From Candidatus Izemoplasmatales bacterium (lineage in GTDB: Bacteria; Bacillota_I; Bacilli_A; Izemoplasmatales; Hujiaoplasmataceae), in the NCBI GenBank assembly GCA_050949045.1, contig JBMNEZ010000001.1, positions 384,001 to 448,000 on the forward strand: DNA of 64,000 bases, given 5' to 3'. Under the pieces are notes generated by a model, which saw only the letters and a program-made list of their open reading frames with translations, searched no databases and was not told where the DNA came from. Shown one piece after another: positions 21,305-31,483 of this stretch; the first letter of the stretch is position 1, and each line of letters starts with the position of its first letter. The position numbers and the translations under genes were made by a program.

Positions 21305-22759
21305 TTGAAAAAGAACAACATTGTAGTTAATTACTTATATAATGTTTCATATCAAATATTAATAATGATATTGCCTCTAGTTACTGCTCCCTATATAGCA
21401 CGTGTAATTGGCTCTGAAGGAATAGGAATTCATACCTTTTATCGATCAATTGCTTCGTATTTTGTGCTTTTTGCAATGCTTGGGATGAACAATTATGGGA
21501 ACCGAACTATTGCTTCAATAAGAGATGACACTGAAAAAAGAAACAAGATGTTTTCAAGCATGTTTTCTTTTCAACTTATCATGTCTTTAGTTGCGACTGT
21601 TGGGTATTTTATTTTTGTACAATTTGTTGCTGAATCGAACTATTTTATCGCAATGTTATTCATTATTTACGTTCTCTCAGCAGCTTTAGATATCAATTGG
21701 TTCTTTTTTGGTCTTGAAGAATTCAAGATGGTTGTCAACAGAAAAATAATGTTCAAGATAATTTCTGTTGCATGTATTTTTCTTCTTGTTAAAACGCCAG
21801 AAGATTTGTGGATATACTCATTAATCATGTGTTTGGAGCTATTCTTCGGGCAAGCAATTATGTGGATTTTTCTTCGAAAACACGTTTCTTTTGTTAAACC
21901 AACAATTAAGGAAATATTTTCTCATTTTAGATATACAATTATTTTGTTTGTTCCTTCAATAGTGACTTTTTTGTATAGGGAACTATCAAAAATATTACTG
22001 GGTTTTTTGGGAACTATGGAAGATGTCGGTCTTTTTGAGTATTCAGAAAAAGTTATTATGATGTGTTTAGGATTAATATCTGCTTTGGGGACAGTTATGT
22101 TGCCTAAGATGGCATATAGTAAGGCTCAAAACGATTATGTTACCATGAAAAAATATATAATTGACTCAATGCAATTTGCAATGATATTGGCATTTGCAAT
22201 CGCTTTTGGATATGCTGCAATTGCTCCTGAGTTTTCGGTTGTATTCTTTGGAGATGATTTTTCGTCCAGCAGTATATTAATGATAGGACTGTCCATTTCT
22301 GTTCCATTTATTGCTTGGGCAAACGTCATTAGGATGCAATATTTGATTCCGAACGCTTTAGATTCGGTTTATTTGAAATCAACAATTGTGGGTGTGATAA
22401 TTAACATATCTTTAAATTTTATACTAATCCCAAAAATGGGCGCACTTGGAGCGGTAATTGCAGCAGTAACAACAGAAATATCAGTTGCACTGACTCAAAC
22501 TCTTTTGATTAAACATTCGCTTGATATCAAACAATATGTTCTTAACGCTGTTCCATATGCAGTAATTGGGATCGTAATGTATTTTTGTGTGAGATTAATT
22601 GCATCGATTTTTGGAAGCACAATCAAAGGCTTAATATTAGAACTGGTTGTTGGTGGTTTTGTCTACCTATCATTATGTATTCTATATTTCATTATTTCAA
22701 AGAATGATTTGGCAAAAAGATTTTATGATTTGATTAAATCAAAATTGTTTTCAAAATAG
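21305..22759 (+). CDS. wzx: Wzx-type polysaccharide flippase
   Basis: NYLYNVSYQIL..ILPLVTAPYIARVIG, DINWFFFGLEEF, LGTVMLPK, LIPKMGALGA. Confidence 0.85.
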   Translation: MKKNNIVVNYLYNVSYQILIMILPLVTAPYIARVIGSEGIGIHTFYRSIASYFVLFAMLGMNNYGNRTIASIRDDTEKRNKMFSSMFSFQLIMSLVATVGYFIFVQFVAESNYFIAMLFIIYVLSAALDINWFFFGLEEFKMVVNRKIMFKIISVACIFLLVKTPEDLWIYSLIMCLELFFGQAIMWIFLRKHVSFVKPTIKEIFSHFRYTIILFVPSIVTFLYRELSKILLGFLGTMEDVGLFEYSEKVIMMCLGLISALGTVMLPKMAYSKAQNDYVTMKKYIIDSMQFAMILAFAIAFGYAAIAPEFSVVFFGDDFSSSSILMIGLSISVPFIAWANVIRMQYLIPNALDSVYLKSTIVGVIINISLNFILIPKMGALGAVIAAVTTEISVALTQTLLIKHSLDIKQYVLNAVPYAVIGIVMYFCVRLIASIFGSTIKGLILELVVGGFVYLSLCILYFIISKNDLAKRFYDLIKSKLFSK

Positions 22760-22792
22760 GCTTCTATTGAATTTTGTTAATTTATTATAAAT

Positions 22793-22820
22793 TTGACACT
22801 GATTGACTTAGAACTACAAT
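22793..22820 (+). promoter_or_regulatory. Possible internal promoter for the terminal epimerase gene
   Basis: TTGACA, 16-nt spacer, TACAAT. Confidence 0.4.
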
Positions 22821-22852
22821 ATTGATAATTTTATTTCGAAAGGAATCAATAG

Positions 22853-23833
22853 ATGAATAATATACTTATAACCGGTGGATCGGGGTTTATTGGAAGCAAT
22901 TTGATTGATAGAATGTTATCATTGAATAAGAGGATCATTAATATTGATAACATGAATAATTATTATAATGTACACCAAAAGGAAATTAATATTTCCTCCC
23001 ATTATAATTATTCTACGTATCAAATGTTTCCTATAGATATACTTAATAAGGAATCTTTATTAGAAGTGTTTATTAAACATAGAGTTGATATAATTATCCA
23101 TTTGGCCGCCATGGCTGGTGTTAGACCATCAATTGAGGATCCGATTTTGTATCAAAATGTTAATTGTTTAGGCACTCTAAATATCCTTGAGATGGCAAAG
23201 AAATTTGGGATTAAAAAGATTATTCTTGCTTCTTCATCTAGTGTATATGGAAACAACAAAAAAGTTCCGTTTTCGGAATCAGATGTAGTTGATTATGCTA
23301 TTAGCCCATATGCCGCTACAAAAAAAGCAAATGAAGTTATGGGGCATGTTTATCACAAACTATATGGAATTGATATGATATTCTTAAGATTTTTTACAGT
23401 ATATGGGCCAAGACAAAGACCAGATTTGGCTATCCATAAATTCACAAAAATGATATTAGAAAGAACCTCAATACCATTTTACGGTGATGGGTCTTCGGCT
23501 AGAGATTATACATATATAGATGATATAGTTGATGGAATTATTATGGCGATAGAATACTTGAAATGTCATGATAACATATATGAAATAATTAACCTCGGTA
23601 ATTCGTCTCCGGTTTCGTTATCGACAATGGTAAAGACTATTGAAGATGCTTTAGGTATCAAGGCAATTATTGACAAGCAACCGATGCAACCTGGAGATGT
23701 AGACATAACATATGCCGACATATCAAAAGCAAAAAGCTATCTTGGTTATAATCCTACAACTGAGTTTTCTGAAGGAATAAATAGATTTGTCAAATGGTAT
23801 TACGATAATTTGTATCGGAAAGATAACATATAG
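22853..23833 (+). CDS. UDP-glucuronate 4-epimerase-like SDR
   Basis: ITGGSGFIG, HLAAMAGVRPS, ASSSSVYG, SPYAATKK, RFFTVYGP..RPDLA, QPGDV. Confidence 0.85.
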   Translation: MNNILITGGSGFIGSNLIDRMLSLNKRIINIDNMNNYYNVHQKEINISSHYNYSTYQMFPIDILNKESLLEVFIKHRVDIIIHLAAMAGVRPSIEDPILYQNVNCLGTLNILEMAKKFGIKKIILASSSSVYGNNKKVPFSESDVVDYAISPYAATKKANEVMGHVYHKLYGIDMIFLRFFTVYGPRQRPDLAIHKFTKMILERTSIPFYGDGSSARDYTYIDDIVDGIIMAIEYLKCHDNIYEIINLGNSSPVSLSTMVKTIEDALGIKAIIDKQPMQPGDVDITYADISKAKSYLGYNPTTEFSEGINRFVKWYYDNLYRKDNI

Positions 23834-23938
23834 ACCTTAAAGTTGTAAGTACTAAATATATAAAGTTGTCATATAGTATTTTCCATTTAACTACGAAAAC
23901 AAACTTTAATAATTACCAATGCTCATTTTTTTGGAGAG

Positions 23939-24925
23939 TTATGGAACTGATGATCGAATAATCAATTCTGCGTTTATCTTTATTTGTTGCGGTTTTCCGC
24001 TGGTTGATAAGGCGTTCATCATCAATGAGAAAGCTTTCTTTGCATACTGATCTTTTTTAGGCCCAGCAGAGGTAAGTTTTGGAATCAAGTTTTCACACAA
24101 CTCGGTATTGTCAAAGCCAATAACCGATACATCATCCGGCACTCTCAAGGCTTTGGTTGCTAGGGCTGTATATAACCATCTGGCTGCCGCATCACAGTGA
24201 CAGACAAAAGCAGTTGGGTATTCTTTAAGATCTAGTTCAATGATGTCACTGCTTTTTTCGATATTGACATTGATATGCCACATCGGATTTTGAGTTATTT
24301 TATTCTCAGTCAAAGCTTTGAGATAGCCAAAATACCGATCTGCGATTGCCGATGTAGAATGGATGTTACCAACAAAGCCAATCTTGGAATGCCCCTTGTT
24401 GATTAAGTAATTGGTGACAATGTAGGATAAATGATAGTTGTCTTGATAGACATAATTGCATTCAAATAATGGGGAATAATAGTCGATGTAGACGGTCGGG
24501 ATACTGATCTTCTGCATATATTCGATAATCTCATTCTTTACTTCCCCCGCAAAGAAGATCCCGTCCGGCCGATATGAAGATATCGCTTTTTTTATTTTGT
24601 CGATTGTGTTTTCTGGTTCCAAGTAAGCTATTTGAAGCAGATTGTTGGTCTTGTTGCACTCGGCACTCAGAAAGTAGAAGATCGTCGAATAGTACTGCTC
24701 GGACAAAGACAAGAAGAATTCCTGATTGACAAAAAAGAGGAATTTCCGGTTCTTGACTTCTTTGGCGATGACTTGGGTTCGATACCCAACGGCCATGGCG
24801 TATTCCTGGATTCTTTTCCTAAGGCTATCGCTGACGCCCTTTTGATTGTTCAAGGCTTTGAAGACTGCTACTTTACTGACGGAAAGGGCGTCGGCGATTG
24901 TCTGGAGCGTCACTTTCTTTTTCAC
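23939..24925 (-). CDS. LacI-family transcriptional regulator
   Basis: N-terminal HTH VTLQTIADALSVSKVAVFKALN; C-terminal VPDDVSVIGFDN..PKLTS. Confidence 0.9.
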   Translation of the reverse strand: MKKKVTLQTIADALSVSKVAVFKALNNQKGVSDSLRKRIQEYAMAVGYRTQVIAKEVKNRKFLFFVNQEFFLSLSEQYYSTIFYFLSAECNKTNNLLQIAYLEPENTIDKIKKAISSYRPDGIFFAGEVKNEIIEYMQKISIPTVYIDYYSPLFECNYVYQDNYHLSYIVTNYLINKGHSKIGFVGNIHSTSAIADRYFGYLKALTENKITQNPMWHINVNIEKSSDIIELDLKEYPTAFVCHCDAAARWLYTALATKALRVPDDVSVIGFDNTELCENLIPKLTSAGPKKDQYAKKAFSLMMNALSTSGKPQQIKINAELIIRSSVP

Positions 24926-25061
24926 TAGAGCACCCCGCTTCTATGATGAAATTATCATAAAATTAACCAGCGGTCAAGGGTAAAATTAAATTTTAATCTA
25001 ACTATTCAATTCTGTTAACTAAAATTAATCTATTTACCTGTAAAAATAGTGTTGATGATGC

Positions 25062-25089
25062 TGAAAAAACGTTTTCATTGTGTTAGCAT
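25062..25089 (+). promoter_or_regulatory. LacI/cre-like operator within the putative promoter of the glycan operon
   Basis: TGAAAAAACGTTTTCA with a CG-centred palindrome AAAACGTTTT (25066-75). Possible extended -10 TGtTAGCAT at 25081-89. Confidence 0.45.
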
Positions 25090-25106
25090 ATAATTGAGGT
25101 AAGAAG

Positions 25107-27170
25107 ATGAAGAAGATTACCGTTTTGTTATTGCTCGGGCTCATTGCTTTCCTTGGTGGCTGTCAAACTGAAACCGAAAAAATGCAAACGACAACGACGC
25201 CGACGACCTCGGCTGTTTCAACGATCGTTGCGGACTCAGAAGCCATCCGCTTGATCCGGGGAAACAAAGCGGTGGAAAAAACGATCCGCAAGGTTGGAAT
25301 GTATCCCGATATCAGTAGTAGTTTCACTTTTTTTGATTATCTTGAGAAAGCAAGATCGCTTGACCAGTTGGCATTTGGTTTTGCGAACAACAATAATGTC
25401 TCGATCCCCTATTATGCCAAAGATGATTCCAGCACTTGGAGCCAGATGGGCTATTGGATCGACCAGTCAAGGAAGCCTTCCAACTACAATCCCCTAATCC
25501 ATGGATATCTCGAAAGAACGTTCGCGATGCCCACCTACCTCGGCGATTCCCGAGTCTTCAGTTCCGGGTCGGAACCGATCACGATCATCTCGATGATCCT
25601 AGGGGCGTCCTATGCCCATATCGATAAGCAGAACCAAGTCATTGGCGACAACACCTATGACTTTGTCAAGATGGCGATGTCGGGCTACGACACCGGCAGC
25701 GGGCTTGTCAAGAACATCGGTGCCCAGGGCCAAAGCTTCTGGTATGACATCTTCCCCCAGATCATGTTCGCCAGGCTCTACGATCTCTATCCCGAAACGG
25801 AGTATATGAAAGAAATGGTTCTAAACGGAGCCGATCAATGGCTCGAGGCCCTGCCTTACTTTGAAACAGACGGCATGGTCAACTATGAGTTTGTCGGCTT
25901 CAATGTCGTCTTTGAGTCGCCAACCACTGTTGGCGATCACATCGAACCGCCAAACGGCGGTCTTGCCTTTTTGTTCTATTCGGCATATCAACTGACAGGG
26001 GACGAGAAGTATCTCGATGGGGCTAAAGAAGTCCTCGACTATTTCCAGGACTATCAGAAGAACCCCAGCTATGAGGCGATGACCGATTATGCCCCCTTGG
26101 TGGCCGCTTGTCTCAACTATCAATATGGCACCGCCTACGACACTGGCAAGTTTCTCGATTTCCTCTTTGAGGAGGATTCCGCCTTCCGTCCCGGCTGGAC
26201 CGTCATGGCCGGAACTTTCGGCGATCTGTCCGTTGACGGCCTGGTCGGCCAACAAGGCGATTATGCCTTTTCGATGAATACCTTCCACCTAGCATCGACG
26301 CTCGCACCGATGGTCAAATACGATCCCCGGTATGCCAACGCGGTTGGGAAATATCTTCTCCATGTCGCGCGCAACGCCAAAGTCTTCTTCCCGACCGCCT
26401 TGCCCTTATCCAGGCAATCGATGACCGAGTATCTCGCCTATGATCTATATGGAAGCATCGCCTATGAAGGATTCAAGAACGAAGCAGGCGGCATCGCCAC
26501 CGGCGATGCCACCAGGCTGTTCTCGCAGCCTTCTGATCTTAGCCTTTACAGCTCCGCGTTTATCGGGGCTTTCGGAGGAATGATCGCTGAGACCAACATC
26601 TCAGGCGTTCTCAAGGTCGATTTAAACAATACCGATAGTTACGGCCTGAACCAATATCCCCACTACCTCCTCTATAACCCACATATGGATAGTGTGATCG
26701 TTCGCTTTAGGGGACCAGAAACGGCATATGATGTCTTTGACAAGGCCTCAAACACCATTCTCGCCAAAAACGTGAGCGGCACCATCAATCTTAAAATTGA
26801 AGGCAACAGTTCCCTGGTAGTGGTTGTACTTCCCGCTAACAGCAGTTATCAAGCGGTTAAAAACGAGATTTTTGTCGGCGATTACAAGCTCTCCGAATAC
26901 ATGGCTTCTGTCAATCTTCCCTCGCTATTTTCCCGCCAGGAACTAACTGAGGCAAGCACGATAGCGATCAGTTACGATGCGCCGCTTGGTGACGAAGTAA
27001 CATCAATGAAGATCTATTTCGGGGATATCCTCGCCTACGATGGCGAACCGATCACCGAATTTAATTACAACAAGAGCATCTTGCCTGATACCGATTATGA
27101 AATCAGAGTTGAAATCGCCACCAGGAACGGACTCAGTGATTATGTTACGAAAAGGGTGGTCTGCCGTTAA
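25107..27170 (+). CDS. Lipoprotein, putative (alpha/alpha)-toroid glycoside hydrolase-like
   Basis: Lipobox LGGC plus Thr-rich linker. AYQLTGDEKYLDGA helix-hairpin motif typical of six-hairpin enzymes. Family not assigned. Confidence 0.5.
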   Translation: MKKITVLLLLGLIAFLGGCQTETEKMQTTTTPTTSAVSTIVADSEAIRLIRGNKAVEKTIRKVGMYPDISSSFTFFDYLEKARSLDQLAFGFANNNNVSIPYYAKDDSSTWSQMGYWIDQSRKPSNYNPLIHGYLERTFAMPTYLGDSRVFSSGSEPITIISMILGASYAHIDKQNQVIGDNTYDFVKMAMSGYDTGSGLVKNIGAQGQSFWYDIFPQIMFARLYDLYPETEYMKEMVLNGADQWLEALPYFETDGMVNYEFVGFNVVFESPTTVGDHIEPPNGGLAFLFYSAYQLTGDEKYLDGAKEVLDYFQDYQKNPSYEAMTDYAPLVAACLNYQYGTAYDTGKFLDFLFEEDSAFRPGWTVMAGTFGDLSVDGLVGQQGDYAFSMNTFHLASTLAPMVKYDPRYANAVGKYLLHVARNAKVFFPTALPLSRQSMTEYLAYDLYGSIAYEGFKNEAGGIATGDATRLFSQPSDLSLYSSAFIGAFGGMIAETNISGVLKVDLNNTDSYGLNQYPHYLLYNPHMDSVIVRFRGPETAYDVFDKASNTILAKNVSGTINLKIEGNSSLVVVVLPANSSYQAVKNEIFVGDYKLSEYMASVNLPSLFSRQELTEASTIAISYDAPLGDEVTSMKIYFGDILAYDGEPITEFNYNKSILPDTDYEIRVEIATRNGLSDYVTKRVVCR

Positions 27171-29098
27171 TGATGACAATATTTAAAAAAATATTCTATT
27201 TTGGCATTGCCTTATTGTTGGTCTTAGGCTTTTCCGCATGCAAGGAAGAGACGACCACAGCCAAAACCACATCCGCGATCACTACCGATCCGCTCACTTC
27301 AAATACGACCGATACAAAAAGTGTCACGACGGCTTTCCCCGTCTTCGACGGACATGTTACTTACCGGGCCGATCATATCCGAACCTTCGGGAGCGGCACT
27401 CCCGCAGGGACTGTCAATTATGACAGTGTGAATGACACCGCCATCATCTGGAACACCGATGCCAGTTTGGATAACTACGGCGGGATCCAGACTCCGATTC
27501 TCAAGCTTGATTTTGCCAAGGCGGTCATCTTCCAGATGGAAGTGGAAGCGGTCTATAGCGAATACATCGTCAAACTCTCTGTCGAAGGTGAGAGCGAGTC
27601 CTATTATGTAATCTCCGACGAGCCTAGACTCGGATTCATCTCGATCAACGTCGTCGATGCGATGCTTTCTAAAAAATACCAAGAAAGAGTGACAATGCCC
27701 GATCCCGGCTACCGGAACGGTTGGAAGTATGACGGCGAGATCAAAAACTGCTCGTTCCAGATTCTCGCCAAGGGACCTGACGGCGAGCGCCAGACAGCTG
27801 AGTTGATAATCAAATCGATTTCGATCTACAACGATCTTGACGCAATCGAAAAGATCGCAATCGAATCAAGCGAAATCGTCGATGGCAAGATCGAGAAACT
27901 TAAAGGCAGCGGTCCTATCCAGCTTTCAAGCTCACTTACACCTGGCAGTGGTGCCGGTGAGGAAGTGTTCTGGTCAGTGCTTGACGAGGACGTCGCAACC
28001 ATCACCGAAAGCGGGCTTCTCAGTTTCATCGGCGTTGGCAGGACTTATGTCAAAGTCATTTCCGCGATCGACCAAAGTAAGGAAGACCTTGTGGAGGTCA
28101 ATGTCCTGAGCGGCTATGAAATTGAAAATGAGCTTGTAGAAAGGCTTGATGAACTCACTTATGGCGGCGCAACAACCGATGCGGAAACTTTCCTCGATCT
28201 CTTCAAGACCACTTGGCGAACCGATCCCATCCAAGGCATCGATCTTGAAGGACACGCTTTCCTTAAGGTAAGATCGACGAGTCTTGATACCATCATCGAA
28301 AACTATTTTGATGAAGACAATTCCGATCACATCGCGATCGCGAGTTCTGATTTGATAGCCGGCAAGGAAGCGGTCCATGATTTGGCCCTTGATGTCGAAA
28401 CGCCGGTAACTGTCTATTGGCTTCAAGACGGAAAACTTCAAAAAAAGGAAGCTGCGACCAGCATTCCCTTGGTCTACGCCACTTATCAATCCGCTTATCA
28501 AAAACAACTAACCTATTCGATCCGAATCATCACCGTCACGGGTTCAAACGAGGCAAGGAAGATTGAACTCACTGTTCAGTCTTCAACGCTTCTTAAAGAA
28601 TATGAGCCATCTGACTTTCTAGACCAAGATCAATGGATCGTTCCCGATCGCACCAAACAAGCTCTTGATCCCATCGTCCATCAATTGAGTCCGGGCGAAG
28701 CTTCTTTGGTTGATGGAGTATTGAACCTCAAGCAGAACAAGTATCCCGATGCCAAGTATTGTTTCGGCGGCATCGCAAGCGAAGTGATCCATTCGCAAAC
28801 GACAGACCTGGTCGAGATCGTCCTCGACGTGGCTTCGATCAACCAGCTGAATGACTATGTGAAGACGATGTGGGAGGTAAAAATTCTCTATTTCTATGAC
28901 GTAGAGGCAAAGTTAGCCGTCAGTTCGAACCCCTTGAAACTCGCCTCCGGGAACACTCCCGGTTTGCATTCATTCACCTTTACCCCGGCTCATCAGTATT
29001 ACAGACTCTACCTAGTCGCCAACGGCAGCGATATCGGCGCCCAGTTTTCCGGCGCCACCATTCAGGTGGCGTCGCTCAAAGTCCAAGTTCTGGACTAG
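27170..29098 (+). CDS. Lipoprotein with a central Ig-like (Big_2) domain
   Basis: Lipobox FSAC plus Thr-rich linker; VFWSVLDEDVATITESGLLSFIGVG. Confidence 0.65.
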   Translation: MMTIFKKIFYFGIALLLVLGFSACKEETTTAKTTSAITTDPLTSNTTDTKSVTTAFPVFDGHVTYRADHIRTFGSGTPAGTVNYDSVNDTAIIWNTDASLDNYGGIQTPILKLDFAKAVIFQMEVEAVYSEYIVKLSVEGESESYYVISDEPRLGFISINVVDAMLSKKYQERVTMPDPGYRNGWKYDGEIKNCSFQILAKGPDGERQTAELIIKSISIYNDLDAIEKIAIESSEIVDGKIEKLKGSGPIQLSSSLTPGSGAGEEVFWSVLDEDVATITESGLLSFIGVGRTYVKVISAIDQSKEDLVEVNVLSGYEIENELVERLDELTYGGATTDAETFLDLFKTTWRTDPIQGIDLEGHAFLKVRSTSLDTIIENYFDEDNSDHIAIASSDLIAGKEAVHDLALDVETPVTVYWLQDGKLQKKEAATSIPLVYATYQSAYQKQLTYSIRIITVTGSNEARKIELTVQSSTLLKEYEPSDFLDQDQWIVPDRTKQALDPIVHQLSPGEASLVDGVLNLKQNKYPDAKYCFGGIASEVIHSQTTDLVEIVLDVASINQLNDYVKTMWEVKILYFYDVEAKLAVSSNPLKLASGNTPGLHSFTFTPAHQYYRLYLVANGSDIGAQFSGATIQVASLKVQVLD

Positions 29099-29109
29099 AA
29101 AGGAAACCG

Positions 29110-30144
29110 ATGCGGAAATTTCTTCTCCTTGAACCATCAGCCTTAAAACCCACAAGACCCGATTTCGAAGTGATCGGTGTTTTCAACCCGGCGATCACGA
29201 AATTCAATGATCAATACATCATGATCGCAAGAGTCGCCGAAAGGGCGATTCAGAGCGATCCGGACAACTATCTTTTGCCGCATTACGAGCATAACAAGGG
29301 CATTTGTCTCAGAAAAGTGCCGATAGGCGCAAAGGACTTTGATTACTCTGATTGTCGGATCGTGAAAAACCACGAGGCGACCTATCTCACTTCGATATCG
29401 CATCTGAGGATCCTGAGAAGCGATAACGGCATCGATTTCGATCCTGACAGCGCCTCCTTGATCTTCCCCGACAACATCTACGAGGAATATGGGATCGAGG
29501 ATCCCAGGGTCACCAAGATCGGCGATACCTACTATCTGACTTTCACCGCTGTCAGTTCGAATGGCATCAATGTCCGCTTGATGAGCACCAAGGATTTTTT
29601 GAAGTTCAAAAGACTCGGAAACATCTTTCATTCCGATAACAAGGATGCGGTGATCTTTCCCGAAAAGATCAAAGGCAAGTACTATGCCCTCCATCGCCCG
29701 AGCATCTCCCAGTTCGCAAGACTCGACATCTGGATGGCGACGAGCGACAACCTGACCGACTGGGGGAACCATCAGGTATTAAAAGACGCCAGGATCGACT
29801 ACAAAGAAAGCGCCCGGATCGGAGCGGGAGCCGTTCCCTTTCTAACAGATCAGGGCTGGCTGGTGATCTATCATTCGACTGATAAACTCCACCGTTATCA
29901 CTTGACGGCGATGCTCCTTGATAAGGACGATCCTCACAAGGTGCTTATGCGAAGCAAAGCCCCCTTGATTGAGCCAACGGAAGCATATGAAAAAAGAGGC
30001 TTTGTGAACGATGTCGTCTTCACCTGCGGTTTGATCCGAAATGAAGAAGAAGTCCTCCTCTACTACGGCGCTTGTGACGAAAGGGTCTGTCTATGCAAAA
30101 TGACGCTTTCGGAGATCATGGCCAATCTCAAGGAGGTGCGCTAA
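29110..30144 (+). CDS. GH130-family mannoside phosphorylase/hydrolase
   Basis: GVFNPA, YLTSISHL, YGIEDPRVT, NKDAVIFP, ALHRP, RIGAG, GFVNDVVF, YYGACD. Confidence 0.9.
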   Translation: MRKFLLLEPSALKPTRPDFEVIGVFNPAITKFNDQYIMIARVAERAIQSDPDNYLLPHYEHNKGICLRKVPIGAKDFDYSDCRIVKNHEATYLTSISHLRILRSDNGIDFDPDSASLIFPDNIYEEYGIEDPRVTKIGDTYYLTFTAVSSNGINVRLMSTKDFLKFKRLGNIFHSDNKDAVIFPEKIKGKYYALHRPSISQFARLDIWMATSDNLTDWGNHQVLKDARIDYKESARIGAGAVPFLTDQGWLVIYHSTDKLHRYHLTAMLLDKDDPHKVLMRSKAPLIEPTEAYEKRGFVNDVVFTCGLIRNEEEVLLYYGACDERVCLCKMTLSEIMANLKEVR

Positions 30145-31469
30145 TGAAAAGACTGTGGAAGTTGTTCTTGTTGGCGCTTGTCGCAGTGCTCCTTGGTTTT
30201 CCGCTTCTCGCATGCAAGCCTGAGACCGGCGCTCTCAAGATCGCCCTCGACATCGAGGATGAGGGCCGCTACGATGAATTGTTCGCATACTTCGAAGCGA
30301 AAACCGGGATCGCGGTCGAAGCCACCTACGGCCAGGATCTCTCCAAGTTGATCGGCACCGCGCATGAGCCCGACATCATCAAGACTTCAACCGTCGTGGT
30401 CTTGTCGATGCAGCCGAGTCTATATGATCTCACCGAGATGATCGAAGCCGATCCCGATATCAGCCCCGATCTGTATCTTGATCCGGTGATCGAGGCCTTG
30501 ACGATCGATGGCAGGATTTATGCTCTCCCGACATCGATCAACACTTCGCTTCTTTACTATAACAAAACAATGTTCGATGCCAAGGCCGCTGAACTCAGAA
30601 CGGCTTTCGGACTTGATGAAGATGAATCGGTCTATCCGAGAGCCGACTGGACCTATTCTGACTTCGTACTGGCCGGTGTCACGCTTTCCGAATACACCGT
30701 CTTGCCGGATACAAAAAGGGTCTATACCAAGTTTGGCGCCGAGACCCAGCTCAACTGGTGGGGCGAATGGTTGGTCTATGTGAACCAGCTGGGCGGAAGT
30801 TTCTATGAGGAAGGTTCAAACAACCATGCCGTCGACCTCACTTCGCCCCAAGTGATCGAAGCCACGACCTTCTACCGTAACAAATCAATGGGAGATGAAA
30901 CACAGAAATTCGCTCCCGACGCCGTTGAGGCCGCCTCAGCGTTCTCGTTCCTGAATGGCAACGTGGCGATGATCTTCGGCGGCCACATGGGCGACTGGTT
31001 CAGCTATGACATCTTGGAACTCGATTGGGATATCCAGGTGCTCCCAAGACCTGATGATTATCCAAATGCCCCAAGCGGCGAAATTGCCGCCGATGCTTTC
31101 GGCATCTCGGTCAGAAGCACGAAAAAAGCCGATGCGTTTTTATTCCTCAAGCTTTGGGCAGGACCGGAAGGCGCTCTCAAAATGTATGAATACGGCAAGG
31201 TCGGCGCTTTGAAGAATATGGAAGAACTGATTGCCGGCTTGCCGGAAAGCAAGCAGAAAGACATCAATATCGCGGCCGTCTTCGACGCCGCTGAAACAGC
31301 ATACACCCTTCCCCGTGAAAAAGATTTTTCCAAGGTCATGCGGGAAATGGTGATGACCGAACTCTACCGGTTGATGTTTTCCGGAAGAGGTTCGAGTGAT
31401 GACATCGAAGCAGTATTGGCATTGATCAAGACTAATGTCGACAACTACTATGCGGGACTTTACGATTAA
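30144..31469 (+). CDS. Carbohydrate ABC transporter substrate-binding lipoprotein
   Basis: Lipobox LLAC; DGRIYALP..LYYNKTMFD, FLNGNVAMIFGG. ATG 30144 follows AAGGAGG. Confidence 0.9.
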   Translation: MKRLWKLFLLALVAVLLGFPLLACKPETGALKIALDIEDEGRYDELFAYFEAKTGIAVEATYGQDLSKLIGTAHEPDIIKTSTVVVLSMQPSLYDLTEMIEADPDISPDLYLDPVIEALTIDGRIYALPTSINTSLLYYNKTMFDAKAAELRTAFGLDEDESVYPRADWTYSDFVLAGVTLSEYTVLPDTKRVYTKFGAETQLNWWGEWLVYVNQLGGSFYEEGSNNHAVDLTSPQVIEATTFYRNKSMGDETQKFAPDAVEAASAFSFLNGNVAMIFGGHMGDWFSYDILELDWDIQVLPRPDDYPNAPSGEIAADAFGISVRSTKKADAFLFLKLWAGPEGALKMYEYGKVGALKNMEELIAGLPESKQKDINIAAVFDAAETAYTLPREKDFSKVMREMVMTELYRLMFSGRGSSDDIEAVLALIKTNVDNYYAGLYD

Positions 31470-31483
31470 GGGGAACAAAAGCG

